Assembly: GCA_037447605.1 (NCBI GenBank)
Contig: CM074818.1
Span: 1,314,617-1,378,616 of the forward strand
Length of the DNA stretch: 64,000 nt
Direction: 5' to 3'
Origin: Zygnema circumcarinatum SAG 698-1b
Lineage: Eukaryota; Plantae; Zygnematophyceae
Below the pieces are notes generated by a model that saw only the letters and a list, made by a program, of their open reading frames with translations, did not search any database and was not told the origin of the DNA. A program made the translations under genes and the position numbers. Numbering within the stretch: position 1 is the first letter of the stretch; each line of letters starts with the position of its first letter. Positions 47,009-58,409 of the stretch are shown one piece after another.

Positions 47009-49801
47009 TCAATTGGATGGTGGAAGTTGGTCCAGATGCGGCATCTGTGATGCTCCCACCAATCCGCTGGGTCCTCGCTGCTGGGAATGCAGTGGGGGGC
47101 CCACGTTCATCAGCAGCTGAGAGAGCCATCTCTTCGTCGTGGGGTCATCCTGCAGACCGCAAACAGCAGGGGCTCAATGAATGCAAACGAGGTCTGGGTG
47201 GAGTCGCCCAAGCAGAACACAACAATCCCGGTACTCAAGGCAGATTTAGACGTCTTGAGGGATAAGAAGTTAACCACTTACTCTAAGGCAGGAAGAAAAT
47301 GTCTGATCTCGCAGAAGATCTGGTAAGCAATTTCTTAGGGCTTCGCATGCCCTGCGAGCGACAGACAGACAAGAGGAGGAGGTCCGACAAGAATAATCAG
47401 CAATGCAAGTCAACCACATACTAACATTGCATCCGTCCTGAAGTAAGAACGGTACATTGGCAAAGAGAGGCCCAAGACATCAACAGCAAACTCAACGTTA
47501 TTTGCAGTTTGTTCCAACTGCAAACAACGCTCGCTCTCTCTCTCTCTTTGCCTACCTAGGGTTGTCTGAAAGCCTAAGGTAGCACCGAATAATGTGCTTC
47601 AGAAGCCGTACGGACTGCTGCTCCGCCAGCATTTGTACCATGTTGGCCAGGACGGCCCCCACAGCAAAGAAGCGCTCTGCTGTGGCACAGATGTAGGAAA
47701 GGCCCACGTCATCCAGCAGGATCTTCTGCACAATGAAGGTGGCCACCTGCCACCCGTGAAGCGTGCTTGTACGTCAGATTTCTGCTCAAAAAATGCAAAC
47801 GAGCTGCAGCTGCACAGCAGCGATATGGATCACGTCAGCGACACTACAGCAGACTGGACGGGGACATGGCACAGCTTGCCGAGTGTGAGTGACATGCGTA
47901 ATGTGGAACTCACCGTCTTAGAGAGCTCACTGCCCATTTCCATGGTACGAAGACAGAGTGGAATTATCTCTGTTGACAATAGGAAGTTGATGACATCTGT
48001 ATCATCAACCTGCAAGCACAGGAGCAGCGACGGTACAGGGGCCTCAACTCCAAATAAACGGCACAAACAAAAAAACCGATACGAATTCCCAAACAAATAG
48101 ACCCTGCACATTCCTAGAGTTTTACTAATCGCCGGCTGAAAATGCTACAACTCAGTATTGCCCCTGAATTCACAATTCACACTTAGCACTGCTCTGATTC
48201 AATTGGCTCCCAAACGATAATCTTTGCTCCTTATGGAGTATTCCGAGCCGAGGCACGCACAGTGAAAAAGAGCACTTCAGAGGGCAAACTAACCTTAACC
48301 AGAGCACCAATGACACCGAGGCTCGTGAGGCGCAAGTACTCGAATGGCCGAGTTTTGCTAACTGTGTTGAGGAATGGATAGAGATACAAAGGTATGTGCG
48401 CTGAAGGCCAATCACCCAAATCCTAATACGTCCGTTAATGTTCAGAACGTCTCTGGACTGCCCCAAAGCTTCCTCTGCACAGACGCTAAGGCCACAAGAC
48501 CACGGCAGACGTGCGCAAAAGAACTCTAAACGAAACGAGTATGATTAAACGCTGTGGTAAATTGCGTAAAGCCCTGAGAAGCTAGAGTTACACCTAGACT
48601 GCCATGGGCAGGATCCAAAGGTCATGAAAGAAGATGGTGAGACGTCAGGCCCTGGCTAACTGCCAGGGATTTATTAAGGTTATTTTTTAGGGTTTTTAGG
48701 TGACCAATATGACTAAGCAAGAGAGGACCAAAGCCATGCAAGTAAGTTGAACCTCGAACAAACAAGTGAAAGGTTCAATCGAGAGCATTGCAGAGGCTCC
48801 CCAGAGCAAATGTTACCGTTCAAGAAGAGTGCTCGGGTCTCCGGATGGGAAGCAACACACTGGCGATCCCCAAAAAGCCAAACCATGAAACAGTGAGTGG
48901 TTGTAAAAGGAGTGAAACAAGACAGCAGTGCTCGAATTGGATCAGTTAGCAGAGGACACAAACGGACATTCGCACGTTTTGACCAAAAGCTCAACAAAGG
49001 ATCAGACAGGCAAATGCAACCTTTGCATATATTGTCGAAGTACACAGAGATTAACAAGGTGGGTACCTGAAGCAACGCCAGGGCATTGCAGACACGATTG
49101 GACGCTCCCGCCGTTAGGGTTGGAGGAGAGAGCATGGGATATATCGACACGATTTCCTGAATAATGAAAGCTCTTCGTTAAGAGGGAAACAAAAAGATGC
49201 AAGCTCACCCCAGTTGCAGCTTTTTTAACATAGGCAAGAACCGTGCCATATACTACTTGCAATTGCTCCTTCACAGTGTAAAAAAGACTAAATGAAACTA
49301 GGACGCTTTCCCTCTGCGTGAAACATCATCAATTACTTGCGATAGCGTCCCTGAGCTTCCATACATTTCTGCGACTCTGCCAACATACTATTCTCGGCAA
49401 AAAACCAAACGCAGGACTCCTGCAGTTTCTGGCTGCCAAAATTCAATGGCTCACGGCAGCCCTTGTCTCAAGACGTTCCCTGAAAGCCACTCTCCGAAAT
49501 CTAAGATGAAGAACAGAGAAGAAACGAAGGAACAACAGCATAGACGTCCAAATTCAGCTGCCCAGTTGTGAAACACTCCTTGCCAGTAAGCAAACCTTGC
49601 ATCCGAACAACCCTATTTCAGCCTTTCCAAAATAAATTCGCCAACCCTAACCTGGAGAAGCGCAGCAATGGTGCTGCATGAATGCCATAAAATGGGTGCC
49701 AAGTCCGGGAAGGCCTCGCGTTTCTTGCTGAGGTCCAAGAGAGCGTTCTCCCTCTGCTCGGGAGTGATGAGGTCAAGCACCAGCTGTTCCGGCGTCGCCA
49801 T
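47009..49801 (-). CDS. CNOT9: CCR4-NOT subunit 9 (NOT9/RCD1/CAF40), 8 exons
   Basis: [100 protein letters not shown]. Stop TGA at 47009-47011. Confidence 0.97.
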
Positions 49802-51179
49802 CCCCTCCCAAAACAAGCGCGCCCTGAGCTCCGCCCCGGAAGGCTGGTAAGCGCAGTCAAGAAACGCAGCCACGGCCTGCAAATGGATGGGAGGAGCTCT
49901 CCGCATAGGGGAGGCACCGCACAGGGGCTGCGGCCGCAGTGGCGGCGGAGGGGGCGCCTGCCATGGCGAGGACGGCGGCCATGGCGGCGGAGGAGAAGCG
50001 CGCTCTTCCCTGGGAAGGCGATAGCGGGCGCCAGTTGGCAGCTCGCCTGCGAGGTGGGGCCGCTTCATGGAGGGCGGGGAGGGGCCGGGGCGGGCAGGTC
50101 GGCCCCTCCCGGAAATGTTTTCCGGCTTTTATAGAAAATGTTCGGATGCTGCCCGTTGGCGGGGGGGGGGGGCGCGCTGACCGTTGGGCCTGCCCCGCCT
50201 CTGACCGTTCGGCCGGGCAGCAAGAGGGCCGGGCAGGGCGGAAGTTTTGAATACGGACGGAGGCAGGGCAGGTCTGGAGGAATGTTTTTGGAGCCCCCGT
50301 TGGGAAAATCGAGGCGTGTTGTTGTGGATGCATGGATGGGCGCTGGCTTGGCTCGTTGGTGTGGGGTTTTCATGGCGTTGGCTGTGCCTTTAGTGATGAC
50401 TACTGCAAGTCAACTCGTTGAATGGGCGTGATGACCACATGGATGCACATTGTGCATGTTTAGCATGGCCTGCTAGCATGGCAAATGGCATGCCACATGT
50501 CACATGCATGGCATGCGGTCACATGGATTGCATGGCAGGGTCGCGCGCATGCCCGCATGGGCGACATGGAGCCAAGTTTGCAGCGGCAGAACGACCGTGC
50601 ATTGAGTCTTGGCCTGTGCCCACATTGCCACTCGACCCGCCACATGAAAAAGGAACTTGCTGGACCGTGAGAACGCCTTTGTTGCCTCTCTCTCAGACCT
50701 CCCTCCCTCCCTCCCTCCCCGCACCGTCGCCGTTGTTTGGTAAGGCCGCGGTTCAACTTTCTTCAACTTGTGCTGACATGGTTCAACTTTGCCGATGTCA
50801 ATCCGCACGTGCGGATTGTTTTGGAATGGGTAAACGACCTCTCCAAATTCGGGTCTCGCCTTCGTACCCGAATACGGAAATTGGGTAAGCGAGCAAAATC
50901 TAGACACCCAACCAAATTCCGACACGTAGACTATCGCGATTCTCCTTCCGTACGCGCTTAGTTAACTGAGAGAGACGGCGCCATGCTTCTGCCATGTGTC
51001 ATTCCTCTCATTGGTACTAACTGTGCCACTAAGGGACCTCGGTGAACCATTGGGAATGGCGGCAACCAATGGTTGGATTCATTTCCTAGAAAGCGCAATC
51101 AATCTCACTTTCTGTAGCCAATTGGAGCAGCGTGCTCGAACCACTATATCCCAAATTGACGTGGAGGAGTTTCTAAAGT

Positions 51180-51351
51180 TTCGCGGCTGCTTCTAGGGCT
51201 GCGTTGTTGTGCCTAGGCGTAGTTCTTCGCTCCTAGCTTCGTTTTATTGTGTTTCGGTCCTTTGTGACCAGTCCTTCGTGGTTCCACATTTTGCCTTTGT
51301 CCATGTACATTTGATGGCCTCGCCATCGCGAGTTCAATGAAAGTTTCCCCT
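51180..51351 (+). repeat. Dispersed ~170-bp repeat family, copy 2
   Basis: Colinear match to 464-630. Confidence 0.85.
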
Positions 51352-51480
51352 TTTCGTTTTCTAAATATTCTATAACAGGATTCCCTAATCAATGGTTGCA
51401 ACCATTGGCAATGGCTGCTTGGGGTCGATAGCCAGTGCTTCGCAACCATTTCAATGGTTGATACAACCATTGTATCCAAT

Positions 51481-52061
51481 AGGGGGTGTCAGACTTAACA
51501 AAATGTTACGAATATCGAGTTTTTAGTATTACGAGAATCGAGGTTACTAAGTACTAAAAATCATCGCGCCCCCGAACCTAAACCGAACCGAACGGAAGTC
51601 AACTGTGCTAAGTCAACGGGTCAACGTTGCGAAGATTGACCCGTGGGGTTTACTAAAAAGGGCACTTCTTCGCACGATTTTGTTCGCACCCAAAAGAGAC
51701 GCCGAAATGGACGTGCGAAGAAAATACTGGCGAAAATCGCGTCAACGTGACGTCATGGTTGTTTTCCCGGCTTCCCGCCCGCGCCCGCGCCCGCCCGTGA
51801 CGCGCAACACGACACAACGACAAGCGGTCTCCGCGCGCCGCGCCGGCGCTGTTTCTAAGTTTGAGGGCCCCGCGAAAGGGCGAAGTTGCGAAGACGGCGT
51901 TTGGAGAAGTGCGAAGACGGCGATCGCGGTGTGCGAACAGGACCGCGCCGCGAGTGCGAAAAACTACGCTCGAGAATTTTAGTTTTACTAACGTTGACTC
52001 GAAATGTTACGAATATCGAATTTTTAGTATTACGAGAATTTTTTTAAGTCTGACACCCCCT
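51481..52061. mobile_element. PHIS-type MITE, copy 2 (581 bp), inserted into a CCAATGGTTG repeat unit; right end duplicated to 52089
   Basis: TIR AGGGGGTGTCAGACTTAA, TSD AAT (51478-51480, 52062-52064). Removing the element, its duplicated end and one TSD restores CCAATGGTTGCAACC. Confidence 0.92.
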
Positions 52062-52240
52062 AATGGTTTTTTTAAGTCTGACACCCCCTAATGGTTGCAA
52101 CCATCCGTTAGCAATGGTTGGTTGGGTCCCGAATCAATGGCTCGCAGCCATTCTAGTTACTGATCCGACGGTCCGATCTGTGCATTTCTGTCGTTTTGTA
52201 TGACGCCATATCGGGATCCGCTGTCGTCGTCTCCACTCGC

Positions 52241-52590
52241 CACGTGTCCTCCCAAACAGCTCTTGTTGTGACACGTGGCGACTGAACCTACAAGGTCGCC
52301 AATTGTCTTGGTTCGATTTTCTTGACTTCTTGCGGATGCTGATCTGGCAGCACTACGTGGCGCACGGAGAAAAGCAAAACTTGCCTACGTGGCGCGAAGG
52401 GTCAGCACAGCAATCGCCACGTGGCGCACCTGTCCACGCGGCGCTGAGAGCGGGACTGTCGGATCCTCGAAAGGAGCGTAATTCCGGTTGCACAATTTTC
52501 TTATTTTTCGTTAATTTCGAGTTTTTTTACGGAATTTGCAACTGCGAGCCCTCCATGGAGCGGCCTGCAGGAGCTGGTGCTCCCTATAAA
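52241..52590 (+). promoter_or_regulatory. ABRE/G-box cluster plus TATA box upstream of the LEA-like gene
   Basis: ACGTG cores at 52242, 52273, 52355, 52387, 52419 (all ACGTGKC type); CE3-like CCACGCGGCG at 52434; TATAAA at 52585-52590; ATG at 52727. Confidence 0.75.
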
Positions 52591-52726
52591 AAGGCAAACC
52601 GTGGCGCGAGTTGGGTGGAGAGCAGTGAAGCTTTGCAGTTCTGCGCAAAGGGTCTCCGCAGGGCATTGCAGCAGTTCAGGGAAGCACTGCAGAAGCAGGG
52701 AGGGGTGTTGCAGGACAGTTGCAGAA

Positions 52727-53627
52727 ATGGCTGCCATCAGCGCTGCCGCGGTTACTTCCTCGCTTGCAAGCGCCCGCATTGCAACCGCGACAAGCTTCCC
52801 TTCATCTCGGAAAAACTGTTCTACAAAAGGACTCTGCACACGGAGGCCTTTGTTGGTGGTTAGGGCAGAGAAGAAGGAGTTCAGCCAGAACGTGAAGGTA
52901 CATCAAATATGTCTTTTTTGATATTGATGAGCGTGGTATTTCTGATTGTAAGAAAAGGTTATAACAGGCGGTCATGCCGATTGTCTGTACCACATCTCAG
53001 AGGCCACTTCTTTTTTTTGCAGGATGGCGCTAACAAGGCCGCTGAAGAGATCAAAGCTGGCGCTGAGGATATCATCGGAAAAATGCGCGATGTTGCAACC
53101 GGAAGAGCGACTGACCCAAAGAAGGGCGAAGTTCGCACTGTGACAAATGCAAATATCTCATCGGATGCCAGGGATCAAGCTGGAAAGATTGTGGTGAGGC
53201 ACTTCGTCCCGAATGTGCTCAACATGAACAGTGCTGTTGTCATTAAAGGTTCAGTTTAAAGAGTGTCTGAATCATCTGCGGCGGTTCTCAGTGTTGCAAA
53301 GTGCTGGAAATCAGCCGTCGTTATTGCTGTGGTCACGCTTTTCCCTCAGTGGTACTATGGAATGAGTAGATAAGCATCAGTGAAGGCTACGAGGTAAACT
53401 TGTGCACTTGATGGTTGCAGGAAGAAGTGAAAGAGGCAGTCGAAGGTGTGATCGACAATGTGAAGAATTCCGTGGGAGGAAATGAGGGGTACGATGCTTC
53501 CAGTCAGAAGGGCGCCTACACGACACCCCAGCGCGAGGCGCTTAAAGGGCGACTTGACCCTGCCAAGTCCGGCGACAGGCCCCCACAGAAAACAGTTGAC
53601 CTCGACAACCCCTTCGACAAGAAGTGA
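52727..53627 (+). CDS. Small hydrophilic plastid-targeted LEA/COR-like protein, 3 exons (52727-52897, 53023-53193, 53421-53627)
   Basis: Ser/Thr/Ala-rich transit peptide ending LLVVRA, then K/E/D/A-rich amphipathic helices (DGANKAAEEIKAGAEDIIGK, EEVKEAVEGVIDNVKN). Phase-0 GT-AG introns. Product class is inferred. Confidence 0.75.
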
Positions 53628-54582
53628 ACTAACATTTCACGAAGCATCTTTCAAGAAAGGAGCAGAGACCATGTAATATTTAGCGTCAGGCCTGTATTTT
53701 AGTGAAGTTGTGGATAGACGGCGTCCTAAATGGTGCACAGTCGTGACATACAGAGGGATACTCGTTTGTTTGGTGTTGTTTTTTGAAACGAGTCTGTGTT
53801 GGTCTTTTCGAGCATACCTGCAGAAAAATAGCTGCAGCGATGCTCCATCTTATTTCAGAATTTGAATGTGTATACAGAACCGGCCCAGGATACATAGTGT
53901 GGTGTACGTTTTTGCAACGCCGAAGAGCTTGTAAATGTGCAACGTTTGAGGAATGCAAAGGTGCAATTTTTGACTGCTACTAGATTATATTGTCTCTATC
54001 TTTTTGAAACAATATGAGCTTTAGATTTTGTCACATCTTGCTCTTTTTTCTCCTGTGATGGATTGATAGAAGATGCCAGAAGTTGAATTGTCTCCTGGGA
54101 GCGAACCTGTCTTGAAATGCCTCGGCTTACGACAGGTGCAAGATGCTTCTGATCTGACTCTATGCGCCAGAGGTCTTGAAATTTCGAGTTCCTACTGGGC
54201 ATAACGGGGCACGGTAAAATATGGTAAGCGTTAAAGCCACATCCAAATGTAGAGTCTGTACGAGATAGCCTCTGCTGCAGACTCGCCAGAGTAGGATGAC
54301 TCTCATGGGGACAGACTGACAACAGAATGCTTGATTGATTGATTTTTCTTTTATAAATCTCGATTACCCATCTCAGTTATTTATGATCTGATACTGTGCC
54401 GTTTACGCTGAGCCACCACATTTAAATGATAATGTGAAGAGAAAATATCAGAAAGCACGGAGTGCAAGGGGGCAGATTGTTGGGACCAGACGAGACTTAA
54501 AAAGAAATTCGAAAGACTACCTTTCAAATCTCTCTTGATATTGATATTGAAGGAGGTGTGCGGCGGACAATCGAGTTGACAC

Positions 54583-57500
54583 CTATGTCTTGGGCCGCGC
54601 CCCCTTCGCTTGCTTCTCTATTGAACCGATTTCCTCAAGACCGCTGCCTTGACCGTCTTCATCTTCATCTTCACCTTCAACATCGAAGTCCTCATCTTCG
54701 TCCGGTCCCCCTTCTTCACAATCACTCTCTAAACACTCCGACTTCTCCTTCTCAGATGAGGGCGGTCCCACGCGGCTTTTTTCACGACTGCTGGGCAGCT
54801 TTTGAGAGCCACTGGCCTTTGCAGCTGTGCTGTTCGCCCCACGTTCACTATCCTCTCCAATATCTTCATCATCCTCATCGTCGTCTTCTTCCTCTTCCTC
54901 TTCATCTGAAAAGTCAAACTCATCATCATCCTCTTCATCTGTTTTTGCAGCAAGGAGCTTGTCTACCTTTGCTGCCATCTGCTGTTTATCCTCTCCCTTG
55001 GCCATCTGCACAGAGAACAAATCAGTCGGGAACAGAGCTGATATTATTCTTTCCAGATATCCTCGAGTGCCCCTCATCTCCCTACATGGAACAACCACGC
55101 AACTCGATTCATTATCTCATTTATTTGCTCGATTATTATCCGCGTATAGGGTGCTTGGCGCCTTACCGCCCTCAGAAGAGTTCGTCGCTCCCTCTCTCTC
55201 AAATTTTTAATTCCCTGCAACACATCAGAAAGCTAGTCCTTAAGACAAGCAGACATTCTTTAAGTTCCAAAGCCCTCCTACGAAATCCTCTCCCATCCCA
55301 TGTACCATAATGCAGACAACGTTTGCAGGTGGAATTCATGCCGTACAAACACCAATTTGCTACACGTATCAAACAAAACTTTCAAGAGTCTCACTGCTTC
55401 CAGTTGCGCCCGCTCCTCTGCCTCCGCCTTCAAGTTACTGCACGAAACGTATTCACTGTCTTAGACCAAAGCATAAGCTTATCTTTCAAGATGGCAATGC
55501 CACTAACTGCATGTTAATATCAAATAGCATGGCCGTTTCATCCCGAAAGTCATTCTATGACTGACTTATGGAACATTCCCACTGCCCTTTCTCGGAGGTT
55601 CCACCAAAGGCAGTCCTTGTCCTTCCAGCACCTGTACTGATTCATGGCCTACTCCGCTCACTCTCCTTTCTCTTCAGTATCCTTTAGTGATCAGGTCTAC
55701 TAGTTTACTGAGTCATATACTTTACTCAGGGAGCCACCACAGCCCCGTGTCTGCCAAGTCAAACTCACCTCCCAACGATCGTTTCTGCAGGTTTGCAACA
55801 TTTTGCGCAAACGTTGCTTTCAGTAGCACAGGCTGTTTCACCCTCTCCATGCGACCCCTCTTCATCAAACGTGAGCGGCTGTGGATCAAAGGGCTGCACA
55901 GCTATGCTTTACTGCCGAATAACCTTTGCAGCCATGCAGGTTTCAGATGTTTCCAGTCAAGGCCTTGAGACTACCTGGGCAGAGAGTGAGGTACGCCTGT
56001 CGTACGGCTCTCTTGGAACAGCGAACACTGCAGCCGAGGAAGGTTGGTCATCCTCAACAGAACGTAACCAGCAAGAGGGCGCAGATCTACCTCCATTGGT
56101 TGCAGTTCATACTCTCACTATGACCAGTTCAAGTCTGCCATGGTGCAAGATGCACGCAAAGCTTCTTATGTTTAGCTTCTTCTATCTCCTGAGAGTGATT
56201 GAGATGTGAAGGCTTTGCACAGAAACTTGAATTTTAAGTACATCATGCTCTCCAAAGGGCATCAGGCCACTCAAATGCTTCGGTGAACCATTGACAGCAA
56301 AAGTTGATACCCTCCACGAAAGTTTCAAAGCACAACTTCAACATGACCATGCAAGTCTAGCACCGAAGATGTTTATTATCCTCTGCCATGCTTCTCTGTA
56401 GGCTATGAACAGTGTTCTTCACTCTCGATCAGGCAGAGGTATCAAGCAAGGCCAGTGAAGCGAGAATAAGGTCACTTGGATGTTGATGCTCACCATTTGG
56501 AAGGCTCTATCAGCGGTTTGTATTTTCCATATCTGTACAGTTTAGCTCCACAGCGGACATGGCAGTAGTGAGGCAATGTCACTGACACTTTCAACTTCTA
56601 TTTGACAGAAGCAACTCGAGCGAACCGACAGTAATGCATCTATTTGATAATGACATAAGCAACAAAATTGTTCCACTCTATGAAGCTTGAAGGAGTACCA
56701 CTTGCAATCATTTGAAAAATCATTCAAAATACCGTCGTGAAGTAGACATAATAGAGTTTGCAGCATGTAGTTTAAGCCAAGACATTTGAACCTTTGCCGA
56801 CATGTAGAAGACCTGTACATTGACACTCTCCGCTTCAACCAAGAGATGCACTCAACACAAGGAACAGCCTTTCCGCCCGAATTCTCCCATTTGCGACAAC
56901 GCAGCTATAATAATTTATGAACAAAGGCACAAACTTGCCTCACAGGGAATGCACAAACAGCAGTATCTCATGCAGAGGATGGAGCACACGTTCACCTACT
57001 TCCGTCGCCATTCAATCTGATCTTTGCAGCGATGGCAAACACCAACAATTTTCGGATAGGGGTTCGCCTTTCCCCCCAATTCCTATATCCACATCGCAAA
57101 AGCCAGCACTCCACCATGAATACTGCTCATTCTGGATAGAGGAACTTCTCGCGATAAACACCACGAGGTCAGTTTCCTACAAAGCATTGCAAATTTCACA
57201 TGATTCTATGTACATTTCATGTACTCAACCGCAAGTGCTTTTTTTTGTGACTAACAGAGGTTAAAGTGTAAATCATACATTTTCAGATTTCTTCACGGCT
57301 CGATTGGGCTTCCAAGCCGTCCTGTATGCCCCGAGGAAAACTTGCACCACCTTTAGCACTCTATCAAGAAAAAGCTGCAAGATTTTGATCGATGATTGCC
57401 GAGCTTCGCAAAGTCTTGAGAGATTTGAGTCGGAACCCAGAAATATCCTGAAGGGAGCTTAAAAAGTAGTCGAAAGAACGTACTGGAATATTAGCCTTTT

Positions 57501-57867
57501 TTTTTTTTTTTGGCTCATAATTTAAACATTTCGAGCGGACCAGAGTAGAGAACGATAATACTATGGTCTTGGTATACGACAGTTGTAAACAAAATCGCTA
57601 TGTGATCAACTTTTACGAACAAAGCGTACCAGAAGCTGAAAATTTCAAAGCCATAATCCTTCACCAGTCATATACTGAATGTTAAATAATTCCTCAATTC
57701 AATGCCTCAATTAAAGAGCACCATTTCACCCTAAAGCCAGCTAATCCCGCAAAGGAGCAGGCAGCCGCAAACCCTCTCTCTCTCTCTCTCTCCGAGAAGT
57801 AAGGGAATACCGACCTGTTCTGATGACGCGGAGGACCTTTCGTTACGCCTCCCCGCCGGCTTGACAT
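54583..57867 (-). CDS. DUF2039/C9orf85-family Cys-rich protein with acidic tail, ~9 exons
   Basis: Small exons join to MSSRRGGVTKGPPRHQNRTAWKPN...GVCHRCKDQIEWRRKYGKYKPLIEPSKCVRCSKRAVRQAY...CAKCCK...RERERRTLLRAM. Confidence 0.88.
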
Positions 57868-57890
57868 GGTGGCAGAAGCTCAGCCGCTCG

Positions 57891-57932
57891 CCCTAACCCT
57901 AATCCTAACCCTAACCCTAATCCTAACCCTAA
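57891..57932. repeat. Telomere-like (CCCTAA/TCCTAA)x7 tract just upstream of the DUF2039 start codon
   Basis: ccctaaccctaatcctaaccctaaccctaatcctaaccctaa, directly visible. Confidence 0.9.
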
Positions 57933-58267
57933 TTCTGCTGCTCCTTGTGGCGCTCGTCCTCCTTCCAGGGGCTTCTTGTTGCCAGATTCCCACCGTACAT
58001 GTTCGTACATTTTAGCCGTACAGTACATCCATGAACCCTCGTACCGTACTTTCTATGTATCCATGTGACAATGGAGCTTAGCGTCATACAATGACGTCAT
58101 GCATACTGTACGAAAACACAGGGAGTAGCCACCACATTAGCGTAATGTGTCGTTGGGGATTACGCTACGCTAAACTGCTACACGGAACGGGTGCTGCATG
58201 GAGAAAGCTCAGTGGGGAAGGGAGGTGGATGCCATGGGTCATTGAGCGACTTGGCCATGGCGATGGC

Positions 58268-58307
58268 GGAGGTGGAGGTGGAGGTGGAGGTGGAGGTGGA
58301 GGTGGAG
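58268..58307 (+). repeat. (GGAGGT)6 microsatellite upstream of the kinase
   Basis: Directly visible. Confidence 0.9.
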
Positions 58308-58409
58308 AGCGGGAGCGGCAGAAGGAGCGGGAGCACGAGGTTCAGGAGTGAGGGCTTAGGGCGGGAAGTCGCAACTGGATGAAGCGGTGACGCGTCGAGC
58401 GGCGGCGCC

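Noticed and set aside
2420-57867. Functional cluster of RNA-metabolism genes
   Set aside because: Interspersed with unrelated genes; the category is large enough for chance co-occurrence.
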